DNA of 24,827 nt from Zygophlyctis sp. KS116 (taxonomy: Eukaryota; Fungi; Chytridiomycota), in assembly GCA_054661495.1 (NCBI GenBank), contig BAAFSQ010000143.1, positions 1 through 24,827 of the forward strand. The letters are read 5' to 3'. How positions within the stretch are numbered: position 1 is the first letter of the stretch; the number at the start of each line of letters is the position of its first letter. The notes under the pieces are model-generated. The model worked only from the letters and a program-made list of their open reading frames with translations. It searched no databases and was not told the DNA's origin. A program made the translations under genes and the position numbers. This document shows positions 24,415 through 24,827 of the stretch, piece by piece.

Positions 24415-24577
24415 TTTATAAAAGGTCTTAAGCGCCGCTTAATACACAAATGCAAGAGTTGTTTGAAAAAACATTGCATCTTAAAGATTAGGAATTGATC
24501 CTATTATTGTCGATTAACAAGTAAGGATTAGATGGTAATGGGGCATTAATCAGACGTAAAGACTTTGGGAAAATTAA

Positions 24578-24827
24578 CGGCAATTCTATTCAATAGAAAA
24601 TGGAAGCAACATTCAAGAAATCTATATAATTAATGACGTTAACAGTCTCTGTAAACAGCGCAGTTTGAACTTTTGCCGCATCTTCTACTTAAAAACTGGC
24701 TATCGTTTCAGAATTCCCCATTCTCAAAGACATTTATTTGATCAAATTAATGTCTTATTGTCTACAAATGAGTGGCTAAATGTTGTTCCGAATCAATTCT
24801 TTAATATCATTTGTGATGTTTTGAGTG
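24578..24827 (+). other. Stop-free frame (83 codons) running off the window; possible exon of the next gene
   Basis: Open after TAA at 24575-24577 with no in-frame ATG. Could not be linked convincingly to the ATG at 24450. Confidence 0.3.

Overview
Eukaryotic, AT-rich, extremely gene-dense window with about 25 protein-coding genes in 24.8 kb. It most likely comes from a zoosporic early-diverging fungus (chytrid-like); this is inferred from fungal-type housekeeping genes plus a flagellar CFAP97-domain gene and animal-shared genes such as ZFPL1 and a Trx+2xGrx glutaredoxin. Gene order: H2A (3' end), ATG9, SWP1, mitochondrial IF2, ZFPL1, LAT-type amino acid permease, MYST acetyltransferase, RPN11, secreted orphan, CFAP97D-like, RPL28/uL15, NIP7, Dpy-30-like, RPN12, GRX3/4, class 3 lipase, QT-repeat orphan, PCH2, KLHDC4, ERV14, PHO13-like phosphatase, MRS3/4, PXMP4, Gemin2. 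The ORF track is fragmented because genes are split by about 50 hand-inferred miniature introns (23-38 nt, one 52 nt). Many intergenic gaps are under 100 bp, one convergent pair overlaps in coding sequence, and several promoters carry locally amplified AACCCT (telomere-like) motifs. No mobile element, RNA gene or true CRISPR array was found. All exon models and family calls are manual, without database searches.
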